IMG/VR virus record: IMGVR_UViG_3300024346_008124
Span: 15,098 to 79,097 of that record
Length of the DNA stretch: 64,000 nt
Reading direction: 5' to 3' (one strand)
From: a virus
Shown: positions 49,501-57,084 of the stretch, piece after piece
Numbering within the stretch: the stretch's first letter is position 1
Layout of the letters: every line of letters starts with the position of its first letter
Position numbers and translations under genes: made by a program
Notes under the pieces: model-generated
What the model was told of the DNA's origin: nothing
The model's input: only the letters and a program-made list of their open reading frames with translations
The model's database searches: none

Positions 49501-51394
49501 TGCCCTCAATGCTTTTTAATTGCGCTTCCAGCTTTGCTTTGATTTTACCAGCCCCACCTTTTACCTTAGCACCAAAAGACAAAACTTGTTTAAAATCGGG
49601 ATCATTTCTAATCCCGGCGCCAATAGCTTTTTTATCAACAAATCCCTGTAATTTCTGTTTTCTAGCGATAGGTCTTAAAAACGCGCCCCCATATGTACCA
49701 AGTTCTGAATCTAAAGCTTTTCCAGCAACATCATCTATCAATTGTATACTGCCGGGAACTGCTTCGCCCCCCAGTTTTTTATTAGAAAGCTGAGGTCTAC
49801 CTTCTTTAAACTTCTCTCTCAGCGCTGTGCCACCAACATTAAATCTATTGTTGTTCATTTGAGCAAGTGTATCGGTGCCTAAACTCTTTACGCTACTTTT
49901 CTTTATAACGAACTCTCCCGGAGTTAGCATGGCTGGAACAGTATCACGATTGCCCTGACCGGGAACCATTCCACCTCTAGCAAATCTACTAAATCCACGA
50001 CCACCACCACCACCACCTCTGGCGATACCCGCCATACTAGCTATTCCCGGAGCTAAACTTCTTCCAAGCTTCAATGCGAACATACTTGTCAACAACGGTA
50101 AAAGAGGTTCTACAGCTTCCGCCACTTTAATCATAGCACTAGCAATTTCCAGCGCACCCTTTGCCACACTTTTAAACGTACTACTGTCTGAAAACTGTCT
50201 TATTAAAGCATTAAACTCTTCTTTAACCTTCTGTATCTGTACCCCCAGCCCGGCCTGAGCCTTTAACGCATCTCTTGCCGAAGAACCGCCCGCTCCTTGC
50301 GCTACAGCAAGAGCCTTTTGCGCGGTAGCAAACTGTTGAATCAAAGGAATAACTTTACCTATCTGCCTAAATCCACCAAGATCTTCGACTATTTGACTGA
50401 ACACAGCGCTTCTAGGATCTAGTGTGTTAAGACCTTGAGAAAGCCTTTTAACAGCCTCAAAAGCTCCAACAAAATTACCCTGAGCATCCTGCAACTCAAT
50501 ACCAAGCTCTCTTAACTGGTTTATGGTTTCTGGTCTTTGTATCCTTGTAAAAATTGTACGAAGACCCGTAGCGATAGTTTCGGCACTTTCTCTGGTGGTA
50601 GAACGAACACTAGTGAACAGTGCAATCAATTCATTTACTTCTCCGCCTGCGGCAGAAAATACACCACCAACCCTACGTATAACAGTAATGAGGTCGTCAG
50701 ACTCAACCGCAAACCTTTTAGAGACAGCATTAATAGCATCTAAGGATTGCTCAAGAAACTTAATGTCTCCACCAGCCTTTCGAGCCTCATTTCCAAACTG
50801 TCTAAGGAGCGCAATAGCGCCCTCAGTAGTATCTTGAATACTGGTAAACGTAGCACCTAAACTTGTTTTTGCTAGAATGTCAAGCGCTTTACGAGTTTTT
50901 TCTGCCGAAAATCCAGCCTGAGACAAAGTCCGAGAAACATTTAACAAATCAGAAGAAGATACGCCTAAGCTAGTAGAAAGTTTTGTAACCTCCCTTGTTA
51001 GCCCTTGTAACTGCTGGACACTTTTGCCTGTAACTTGAGATATTTTTATAAGCTCTCTCTCAAACTCAATAGCGGCTTTTGTGGCGTTTTTAAAACCCGT
51101 AACAAAAGAAAGAAGCGTACCAGTTGCCAACGTGATAACACTAAATCTTCTGGTAGCTTCTTGAAGGCTTCTGTTAAGAGTATTTATATCCTTAGAAGCA
51201 GACTTAGAATTTCTACTAATATTTTGAAGTTGTTTATTAGTTTGAGCCATAGATCTAGGGTCGGCTTTTACTTTTATATTTACAGTATTTAACCCGCTAC
51301 CCTTTAGCTGTCTCTGTATATCAGAAACGACCCTTCCAACATTCTTTGGTGACTGCAAGTTGATCTGTGCAGTTAAATTAAATTGCTGTGCCAT
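43532..51394 (-). CDS. tail tape measure protein (TP901-type core), 2620 aa
   Basis: AIEFERELIKISQVTG...LSQAGFS...AINAVSKRFAVESDDL...ESAETIATGLRTIF core; Ala-rich coiled coils, hydrophobic segments, DTVPAMLTPGEFV motifs; downstream of tube and chaperones. Confidence 0.93.
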   Translation of the reverse strand: MAQQFNLTAQINLQSPKNVGRVVSDIQRQLKGSGLNTVNIKVKADPRSMAQTNKQLQNISRNSKSASKDINTLNRSLQEATRRFSVITLATGTLLSFVTGFKNATKAAIEFERELIKISQVTGKSVQQLQGLTREVTKLSTSLGVSSSDLLNVSRTLSQAGFSAEKTRKALDILAKTSLGATFTSIQDTTEGAIALLRQFGNEARKAGGDIKFLEQSLDAINAVSKRFAVESDDLITVIRRVGGVFSAAGGEVNELIALFTSVRSTTRESAETIATGLRTIFTRIQRPETINQLRELGIELQDAQGNFVGAFEAVKRLSQGLNTLDPRSAVFSQIVEDLGGFRQIGKVIPLIQQFATAQKALAVAQGAGGSSARDALKAQAGLGVQIQKVKEEFNALIRQFSDSSTFKSVAKGALEIASAMIKVAEAVEPLLPLLTSMFALKLGRSLAPGIASMAGIARGGGGGGRGFSRFARGGMVPGQGNRDTVPAMLTPGEFVIKKSSVKSLGTDTLAQMNNNRFNVGGTALREKFKEGRPQLSNKKLGGEAVPGSIQLIDDVAGKALDSELGTYGGAFLRPIARKQKLQGFVDKKAIGAGIRNDPDFKQVLSFGAKVKGGAGKIKAKLEAQLKSIEGKSQTAQAGFVLRAGSLEKSKAEGLEDIILGGVEDTVLKGANNIGSTLTNRMSGASSGDVAKILKSANIDNVTGNIFEAILTSVGDKDPMAGKDSNSDWDYLTGLGGKLASYFDLEDVATRPTDAKSSFTSDNVKTFIKKVKNLETKKSIAEANKALDPILGAIKREISGMTAADSRSIVSGPGSSTVATRGANQQVRKMAGLNKGGGISGSDTVPAMLTPGEFVFNKSASKSIGYGNLKRMNEQGVKGYAAGGVVTTGRDFYGNGPLAGGARYSPTQALAGSGMIDSKSLQAATKQMGVFEKILAKLNQIAKQLEATFKKADTTVKRTDGDLKKMDVDIKDVAIQLDKEAQEIRESNAARDKEQAAINRSAMTRGQRVGGALQGGAQRVSRGASAVQSAAGSAQSLLFLGAMVGSVTSQMSGLNEATKTAITQTTTMVAVVGGITGTLVDVGASFVFMGAALVSQIGSAITESGASILSAGADTAEAGASSLVTAAMGPLAIAAAALAAGLLAVVAIAATFAIAMYYFSARAKAEADNFGKAAQKFIETFQETGEGLSAILKNIANQERKEEESRQFMSGMALPFASMLPGSFASSAMDMTGATRGEKQAAKDGSSFMLKTFAPALDAYFVAQAVADYQNDPEVAAAFEAQVVKNTEALNYQLLAQQSLVMSLKSFESSLNDIDLAESLTPEERVSQRLQAQKDFTNRSPGGQEQFDDLFSNILKASKEAQGNLLNRDIDPSFLKASGDRSTDSKGNPILDIERLMNLNDSDLELIPPTLRLALQTSLKNLNLALESAAKNTAESIKTLGEARQNIDVSDTSVTSFDDLSSSGLKVNQDYLKAIEASTSAIRNESILREAKLKSQLNESTDQKDRDQLQEAIDREIEGRNKLIGNIENGEKEAVNSAIKRRDADIAAAQAAEALRTRLFEAAEALQAFSDRTKGFIDDRLGIEDQAGIAQGKGSKLTATKLQAVTATTDLNQFSADAQGAISGISDPGERDQAQKAIDTQIQVAEALKVFEAPDTGLLNRSSVDVSRAAGTDIDSLMDIMEDQFGSALPDLSFLPEKVQEDIIRGIAKASAGGITQQELDNILKPIQASAEANKKITDEITKGNQEYLNAYTSYLNEVKRQYGEEIKFRNAVFQQQEQAIDREIRARNIINQSLGRDAAVQDRSAKEARRVQQAQGNLTAAGVGVAAGDIGGLTGERQRLSALSQQQGTKIRGTTDDKLRTGLAKEQSETLKQLAAVNKELERLADQSGRVDDMFAEMERNAEAIEKERAKREAVTAVVEEFVVGGQDTRKALVEAATGVRKAFASGTLQNQTEEQRSATVGFLDKLGDVELLGGFTGKEIKQELVFRDAIQMGLDPRIAEQLATATTKEQQLIDSNELLAFEINKLSGVMQAAQQGLDPANVAPALVEPQGRARGGLIYRANGGSIFQPKGTDTVPAMLTPGEFVIRKSAVDAIGTDTLAAINSGVSYLSDGSRRKVSEADREGLTKEQIKYFEILGNEGREAADAYNQQILKDGGSFVKAAKAGDEFRGGVSRPDSSSEFETYSKLGSGAIDPNRKKILNQPSDPVFDRFSAAANMPNVSNQFRVSPMATRQSTDALGALPKDEGTGALSPKHFRAAKNAGLINKNETYEQYRERERMTKYGTTYAQAAPKPKDPFQSTAATAATTIYGSDDINPYTDALGGASALDDAVAAAKNARLKTNRDAFKARKDAKRNTSTAASRKTARLSGVKSGLSGTTDQQANQARYERILRTNGPAAAQRFAKSQNFTPSGGAGAGTGRGITQAFKNNPNMMGSPQAMQQFQQFQQYQKFMKYQQQQQFRGGARFRAAGGGISGGDTVPAMLTPGEFVMSAGAVRQHGVGTMKALNRGQVKGFNKGGMVGGTQYLQDGGSATGGIDLTQISQTFDKITASITKLSTNLESLNERFGFFEMQHTVTVDGQINLPGVDGGAIAQQITDSIGGLVADEVKKALDNPEARP
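43922..43960 (-). repeat. DTVPAMLTPGEFV module, copy 4
   Basis: Identical 13-aa peptide, near-identical DNA with synonymous changes. Confidence 0.95.
45134..45172 (-). repeat. DTVPAMLTPGEFV module, copy 3
   Basis: Identical 13-aa peptide. Confidence 0.95.
48830..48868 (-). repeat. DTVPAMLTPGEFV module, copy 2
   Basis: Identical 13-aa peptide. Confidence 0.95.
49907..49945 (-). repeat. DTVPAMLTPGEFV module, copy 1
   Basis: Identical 13-aa peptide. Confidence 0.95.
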
Positions 51395-51410
51395 CTTTTC
51401 TCCGCTATAT

Positions 51411-51442
51411 AAAAGACGGAGGAATCCGTAAAGATTCCTCCG
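51411..51442 (-). terminator. terminator-like hairpin upstream of the TMP gene
   Basis: Minus strand CGGAGGAATC-TTTACG-GATTCCTCCG-TCTTTT: 10-bp perfect stem followed by a short U-tract. Confidence 0.7.
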
Positions 51443-51455
51443 CTAGAAGCATTCC

Positions 51456-51470
51456 CTAATACCTATACAC
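51456..51470 (-). promoter_or_regulatory. putative phage late promoter GTGTAT-N6-TAG
   Basis: Minus strand GTGTATAGGTATTAG upstream of the TMP gene. Confidence 0.65.
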
Positions 51471-51472
51471 AC

Positions 51473-52417
51473 TTATGTCGATTTTGCATCGGTTTTTTTA
51501 GCAGTCGTTTTACGTCTGGTCTTGGGTTTTGTTTTTTCCTCGATCTTCGCCCCGATAGGATTATCATCCTCATCCAAAAATGGCTGCCTTTCCTTCAGCG
51601 ATAACCTAACCCAGTCTTCTTCGCCGTTACTTTTTATAACCTTGACAACCTCTTCACCGTCTCTGTTTACAAAATAAAGCTCGTCAGGATTTTTATCGTC
51701 CTTACCCTTTTCTGTACGGTAGGCTATAAATCTTCCTTCGTCGTTAATGAGTCGTCCTTCAACATCTGTAAGATGACCCTCATCATTAATTAAACGAAGT
51801 TCTTCATCTACAAAATTAAACTCTTGTAAAAATTTATTTTCTTCAAGATTTTTATCGTAGTCTGGATCAATATTATATAGCATATTAGCTAGTTCGCCAG
51901 CGGCCTCAACCGCCCAAGGCTGATCCGCCTGAGCCTCATAAGCTTGGATGTCAGCAAACTTTCTATTGTTACCAGAACTATCAAAAACGCACCTAGACAC
52001 CAAGGCGACAAACCTTGAATTGTCAGCCTGCCCTTCGGCAGAATTTGTATCCATAGCATTTTTTTCTGATATTAAATTTCTAAATTCCAAACGCTTTTGT
52101 TTAAGCTTTAAAGCAATCTCCTTAGCCGCAGAGAGTTTAATACCACCACCCTTTAGACCATCTTCCATACCTCCTATTTCTGAAACAAGTCTATCGTACT
52201 GCTCTTCTTTTTTATCATCCCAAATCCCCTGCTCTTTCATATAGTCATTTAATTTCTGTCTAAGCAGTGCGCCCGAATCGAGAGCCTCTCTAAAAGACGT
52301 ATTATAAGATATCTGAGACTTATTGTAATCCTGAGCGGTAGGCTTTTTAACAACAACTACCACCTCATTACCTTCGTGATCTTCGCTAGTCAGAGTTCTT
52401 TGTGTATCATTTCCCAT
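51473..52417 (-). CDS. putative tail assembly chaperone
   Basis: Immediately upstream of the TMP; start moved to ATG 52417 (MGNDTQ) behind AAGGAG; VVKKPTAQD motif; C-terminal L(I/V)(N/D)xxG hairpin repeats. Confidence 0.6.
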   Translation of the reverse strand: MGNDTQRTLTSEDHEGNEVVVVVKKPTAQDYNKSQISYNTSFREALDSGALLRQKLNDYMKEQGIWDDKKEEQYDRLVSEIGGMEDGLKGGGIKLSAAKEIALKLKQKRLEFRNLISEKNAMDTNSAEGQADNSRFVALVSRCVFDSSGNNRKFADIQAYEAQADQPWAVEAAGELANMLYNIDPDYDKNLEENKFLQEFNFVDEELRLINDEGHLTDVEGRLINDEGRFIAYRTEKGKDDKNPDELYFVNRDGEEVVKVIKSNGEEDWVRLSLKERQPFLDEDDNPIGAKIEEKTKPKTRRKTTAKKTDAKST

Positions 52418-52784
52418 CTTCTTCTCCTTTAGATTTTGCCATTGGCAGGTTGATAAAGTACTTCTTTTTACTGATTTCATAATTCACAAATTCAGATTCA
52501 AGGCTTCTTATTTGAGTATTTCCGCGATCAAGAATTTTAGCACGGACATCTTCAAATATTGCTTTGATATGCTTTTGTTCTGGTGTAAGTTGTTCTTCCG
52601 GTATTTCAAACCCCCACAGAAAACCGAAATGCTCTTCTACGGTAGAAAGCGCCCCTATCATGGTTGTTTGAACTTTCTTTTTGGAGGCTTTAAAAAGAGC
52701 ATCCTTAGAGACCTCTTTGTATCGGTCCTCTCTTGATTTTTTATAATCAATAGAATCCTTTAGAAACTTATTGTAGTCTTCCAT
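52407..52784 (-). CDS. hypothetical protein (tail region)
   Basis: Coupled to both neighbours; helical. Confidence 0.65.
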   Translation of the reverse strand: MEDYNKFLKDSIDYKKSREDRYKEVSKDALFKASKKKVQTTMIGALSTVEEHFGFLWGFEIPEEQLTPEQKHIKAIFEDVRAKILDRGNTQIRSLESEFVNYEISKKKYFINLPMAKSKGEEDGK

Positions 52785-53833
52785 TATCTCATTCCTTTAA
52801 TTTTACTTTTGGCCGCTTGCATACCCTGTATTGCTATGTCTTGCTTAACATCATTAAATTCTGTAAATTTAATTTGATGATCAGCACTTTTAATAGTTTG
52901 CTGTCTATCTTTTATAATCCCTCTAACGGAAGGATGGTTAATATCAAATATTTTATTAGCTTCTTCTTGATCATTAGCCATTAAGAATATTTCTTGAGAA
53001 TTTGCTATCTTAGGATTCTTGATCATATCATCAGTTGTCTTCTGTTTCTTTTTCTTTTCGTACTCTTTGCGCTGATGTATAAACCATCCGTCTAAACAAT
53101 CATCGTCCTCTATAACCCTTTCGTCAGGAGATTCTTGACTTTCGTATACGTTATCATACATGGAAGAATAACTACATAAAGCAATTTGATCTTTAGTTAG
53201 TTGCGACGAAGGCTTTTCAAAAACACTAGATTGTTTTTTACCAACATTCCACATAGATCTCCAAGGGTCGTTTCTGGCTATGTGCCTAAACTGCTCGCTA
53301 GAAATCTTGTTAGAATTATAAAATTCCATAATAGAAGACGTTGAATGATTAGACCAGTCATAAAGAGTTTTATCTGAATTGTAAACGGTTTTTGAGATTA
53401 TCCAACTAGACCTAGCAAAATCAGCAACACCTTCGCAAGAAACGTGGTCTAAGACATGTTTCTTATTTTTGTATTTAATTAATTCTTTTTCTAGATGTCT
53501 TAAAACCATTTTTATACTTTCCAAATCTCTAATCTTATAGAAAAACTCAAAAGCTTTAAGCTTGTATTCTTCTATTTTTTTCTCAATCTTTTCAGCCTCT
53601 CTGTCGTCAAAAGGACTCCAAAGATTATTTCCAACCAAAACCTCTACAAGCTCACTTTTTAAATAAGCCCCTTTAAAATAAGATTCATTATAGCATTCGT
53701 CGTAAACCTCGAAAGACTCTTCTAGTATCTCGCTAGTAGGTTCGTATATGTATAAAGCAGGCCCGCCTGACGAATAACGTAGACGACCCTGCAATATACG
53801 ACATAAAATTTTCTCATTTTGTATAATATCCAT
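52784..53833 (-). CDS. hypothetical protein, possible tail assembly chaperone
   Basis: Between tube and TMP; helical; ARNDPWRSMW and IEDDDCLDGWFI motifs. Confidence 0.6.
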   Translation of the reverse strand: MDIIQNEKILCRILQGRLRYSSGGPALYIYEPTSEILEESFEVYDECYNESYFKGAYLKSELVEVLVGNNLWSPFDDREAEKIEKKIEEYKLKAFEFFYKIRDLESIKMVLRHLEKELIKYKNKKHVLDHVSCEGVADFARSSWIISKTVYNSDKTLYDWSNHSTSSIMEFYNSNKISSEQFRHIARNDPWRSMWNVGKKQSSVFEKPSSQLTKDQIALCSYSSMYDNVYESQESPDERVIEDDDCLDGWFIHQRKEYEKKKKQKTTDDMIKNPKIANSQEIFLMANDQEEANKIFDINHPSVRGIIKDRQQTIKSADHQIKFTEFNDVKQDIAIQGMQAAKSKIKGMR

Positions 53834-53889
53834 CCTAATTCCTATTATCTACTTGCCCAAAATTTATCCTGAAGTTAGGCTATCGCAGA

Positions 53890-54939
53890 TTATGATCCAC
53901 CCTGAACAGTCAAAACATTAAAGTTACTGAATGAATAACTAACAGTAGAGTTTCCTCCACCAGTATCTCCGCCAGAATAACTAACGCTAGAAAGCTTGTT
54001 TTTAGTGCCGAGATTAATAACAGTACCGGCAGTATCTTTAACGACAAGCTCATGGTCGCTAAGGTTTGGAGCCGCTCCAGAAACGTTAATCAACCCACCC
54101 GAAGTTGCAATAACTTCAAAATCGCAAGTTACCTCTACTGGGAAGGTAGCGTATCTATGGTAAGGACCAAATCTACCAAGCTCTTGAATATTCTCTTGAC
54201 CAAAGTCTGTGCTAACAGAAATACTTTGAATATGAGCATTAGAGCTAATTCCAGCCTCAGTAGAGCTATCATCACCGCCCTGTCTCTTCAAAAGATCAGG
54301 AAGGGTAGAACCGGCGATATCGACATCAACCCTACGAACAACACCAGAAACAGGAGCGTCTGATCCGTCCAGTTGGTAAGTGATGCCAGAAGCTCCGCCT
54401 ACTTCATTTTCAAACTCTCGCCATCCAGAGTAAGGAACGGTTTCACCACCAAGAACTCCGCCTCCGTCTTCATTCCAGAACCTATCGTTACCAACAAGGG
54501 TAACAGATTCTGTAGCGCTTCCGTCAATGCTATAGCTGTAAGAAACAGAACTAATAAACATTCCAGAATTCATACAAACGTTTCTCGGAACACCAGTGGC
54601 GTGAGAAAGTCCGTCATCAAATACCGCCAAGTAAACATCAGATCTAGCCTTGGTAGCAGACACAACGTCTGTCTTGCAAGCTCCGTTAGATGCCAAATCA
54701 TAGATTAGTTTTTCACCATCAATAACCTTTTCTAAGGTTACTTCAATATCTGCCACTTCTTCTATGTTTTCATAAATTTCAATCTGCCCCATCTCAAAAA
54801 CTTGATCTAGGGTAAACGTGCTACTCATACCAACGCTTTGCAAACCCTTAACGATGTTAGCAGCGTGTAGTTCGCCGCCACGTCCGGTAATTGCTACAGC
54901 CTGACAAGCGTAGAATATTCTTTGATTGCGACCAGCCAT
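53890..54939 (-). CDS. major tail tube protein
   Basis: GLQSVGMSSTFTLDQVFEMGQIEIYENIE and second repeat HIQSISVSTDFGQENIQELG (tube-protein pattern); GGGAG RBS; own promoter motif. Confidence 0.75.
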   Translation of the reverse strand: MAGRNQRIFYACQAVAITGRGGELHAANIVKGLQSVGMSSTFTLDQVFEMGQIEIYENIEEVADIEVTLEKVIDGEKLIYDLASNGACKTDVVSATKARSDVYLAVFDDGLSHATGVPRNVCMNSGMFISSVSYSYSIDGSATESVTLVGNDRFWNEDGGGVLGGETVPYSGWREFENEVGGASGITYQLDGSDAPVSGVVRRVDVDIAGSTLPDLLKRQGGDDSSTEAGISSNAHIQSISVSTDFGQENIQELGRFGPYHRYATFPVEVTCDFEVIATSGGLINVSGAAPNLSDHELVVKDTAGTVINLGTKNKLSSVSYSGGDTGGGNSTVSYSFSNFNVLTVQGGS

Positions 54940-54978
54940 GATAATCTCCCTTAAATAGTTATAGTCCTCTGGTAAAGG

Positions 54979-54993
54979 CTATTGTATATACAC
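54979..54993 (-). promoter_or_regulatory. putative phage late promoter GTGTAT-N6-TAG
   Basis: Minus strand GTGTATATACAATAG upstream of the tube gene. Confidence 0.65.
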
Positions 54994-55004
54994 AAAATAT
55001 TGAA

Positions 55005-55964
55005 TTATATAGCTTTTACCTGCGTTTTACAGCGAGTTGTTCCAATGTAAAGATCGGGAGTTATCTGAGTAACACCCTGAGTTCTTGATCCGTCTATCCA
55101 GCATCTTCTATAAAAGAAATTATCAATAAGATTTGGATATAGCCCACTAGGTAAAGCGTTTTCGTTTAGCTCATTCCTATAGTTATAAGGATAAGCCCCA
55201 GAAATACCTACGGTAGTAGGATTAAATAAATGTATAGTTCTATCGTTTTGATAAAGGGTAGCGTCCATAATATTATTACACTCCCAGTGGTTTTCTGATA
55301 TAACATGAAATATAATATCATTATTAACCCATTGACCACCGCCTAACTGAAAGCCCTCTAAGCTTGAAGCCGGAATAACTTCTATAGCCAAAGCAGGAAG
55401 CTGAACCCTAGTTTCCCCAAGCTGCGCCCACCCGCCAGAAGAAGAAACCTGAAATCCTTCTTCGTTCCTAAAAGACCTTTGTTGTATCTGACGAAACCAA
55501 GAAACCCCCTCAGCAGGAATAACCTGCACCCACTTATGACTATACTCTAACTTAACTTCACTAGAAGTACTTAAAGCAGAATCAAAGACAACCCTACCAT
55601 TTGGATAATCTATATAAAATGGCTTGCTAATATTTCCAGTAGCGTAGAAAGTACTATCAACAAATACGCCCGATATTCTTGTGGGCTGTTCTGTAGTTCC
55701 ATCTATACCGCTTTCCCAAACCCAGTTCTGACGATAACCCTCCCAAACCTGACCATCTGTATAATTAGGGTCGTCAGCACTTCTTAATTTATGCCTATCT
55801 CCGCCGTGAATTCCAGACTGGGGAATTTTTATATTATAAAAAGAACCACGGTCTAGAAATCCCCAGTCGTAAAAGGCTATAAAGTTATCTAAAAGTATAT
55901 TAGAAACCGTCGCGTCTTGAGCGTTTGAAAGATTTGAAAGTTTTGTATGAGGACCACCTACCAT
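55005..55964 (-). CDS. putative tail terminator/neck protein
   Basis: Directly upstream of the tube; IDYPNGRVVFD insert; VQLPALAIE..FQLGG..DIIFHVISE terminator-like pattern. Confidence 0.55.
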   Translation of the reverse strand: MVGGPHTKLSNLSNAQDATVSNILLDNFIAFYDWGFLDRGSFYNIKIPQSGIHGGDRHKLRSADDPNYTDGQVWEGYRQNWVWESGIDGTTEQPTRISGVFVDSTFYATGNISKPFYIDYPNGRVVFDSALSTSSEVKLEYSHKWVQVIPAEGVSWFRQIQQRSFRNEEGFQVSSSGGWAQLGETRVQLPALAIEVIPASSLEGFQLGGGQWVNNDIIFHVISENHWECNNIMDATLYQNDRTIHLFNPTTVGISGAYPYNYRNELNENALPSGLYPNLIDNFFYRRCWIDGSRTQGVTQITPDLYIGTTRCKTQVKAI

Positions 55965-56575
55965 TATGAAAGCTCCTGTCTTACTATTCTAGAAATTTCT
56001 CTCATAGAAGGACCAATAGCTCTGGTTATAAAATTGTTATCAATGTCACCAGAGTACGTGGGGTTAACTTTAAAGGGTCTTTTTTCTGCGCTCATAGTAG
56101 CACCGCCGGTTCTACCAGTACCCATTTCGTAATCAACACCAAAATCACCAATGATTACCGTGTCTCCCGCCGTTAGTAACCAACTGAGCCAAGGTATAGA
56201 TCCGCCGCTTTCTAGATCCTGCCTTGAAACAGACAAAGAAAGAAGGTTGGAGAAAGTCGAGGGCTGTACATACACCTTAACACCACCCCTAAAGCTTCCG
56301 CCTCTTGAGCTTATTTTTGAAACAGAAACCCTTGTAGAATTTGCCACAGAATTAATTATGGCATCAGAGGGGTCTTCTGTTAGTCCAAAATCTAATCGCA
56401 GAGTACCGCTAGAAAGCTCTTGAATTTCTGGACACTTAGAGATAGCCGTTCTAACGACCTCTTTTACTCTTTTTCTTATACCAGAAGCCGCAGTTTTTAG
56501 TACTTTCTCGCCCTCTTTTGCCAGCGCTTTATTTATCAACGAGCGTATTCTTGCGTTGCTTGTAACTATTTTCAC
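55964..56575 (-). CDS. putative tail completion/neck (Ne1-like) protein
   Basis: Synteny; IPWLSWLL, GRTG, NNFITRAI C-terminal motif. Confidence 0.5.
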   Translation of the reverse strand: MKIVTSNARIRSLINKALAKEGEKVLKTAASGIRKRVKEVVRTAISKCPEIQELSSGTLRLDFGLTEDPSDAIINSVANSTRVSVSKISSRGGSFRGGVKVYVQPSTFSNLLSLSVSRQDLESGGSIPWLSWLLTAGDTVIIGDFGVDYEMGTGRTGGATMSAEKRPFKVNPTYSGDIDNNFITRAIGPSMREISRIVRQELS

Positions 56576-57084
56576 GTACTACTCCTAGTCCAAAATGTAA
56601 CAACATACTTTGTGTCATTCTGCTTAAAGCCCTGCGGATAAGAAGAGCCTGTCCTTTGGTATCTACTCTGATCGTATTTTTCTATCCCGTCATATTTTGG
56701 AATCAGGTATTTAGCTTTATTTATTTTTTCTAAATCTGCCATGTAAGATATGGTTTGTATAGAGCCGTCTGGAATATCTATAGGTATACCTATGTCAACC
56801 CAAAACTTTCTATTCCAATAAATTCTAAGTGTTATATCTTCCGAAGTCTCTATAGCCTTATAGCCTTTTCCGCCACAATAAGGGCATGGCATCCCTCTTT
56901 CAAAAGGGTAGGGACCGCCAGCCTTGTATTTACTTATAGATCTATTTCTACTACCCATAGTGTCCATAAAACAGTTAGGACACTGCTCTCTTTTCTCTGG
57001 ATACACTAGAGTTCCAGTCCTAGTAAAAAGTAGAACTGCCTCATTGTATGTATTAAAAACACTAGCCGGTATATTTATAGCCAT
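56572..57084 (-). CDS. putative head-closure protein with Zn-finger insert
   Basis: CPNC...CPYCGGKG; synteny between adaptor and neck genes. Confidence 0.5.
   Translation of the reverse strand: MAINIPASVFNTYNEAVLLFTRTGTLVYPEKREQCPNCFMDTMGSRNRSISKYKAGGPYPFERGMPCPYCGGKGYKAIETSEDITLRIYWNRKFWVDIGIPIDIPDGSIQTISYMADLEKINKAKYLIPKYDGIEKYDQSRYQRTGSSYPQGFKQNDTKYVVTFWTRSST

Noticed and set aside
52407-52480. Programmed -1 frameshift between chaperone genes (TAAAAAG, GGGAAA)
   Set aside because: The downstream ORF is in the +1 frame, the heptamers are not canonical XXXYYYZ, and the downstream gene has its own AAGGAG RBS and ATG.
53890-54939. Contractile tail, or major capsid identity for this gene
   Set aside because: No sheath or baseplate wedge gene was recognised in the window; sequence pattern and synteny fit a tube protein. 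A sheath elsewhere cannot be excluded.
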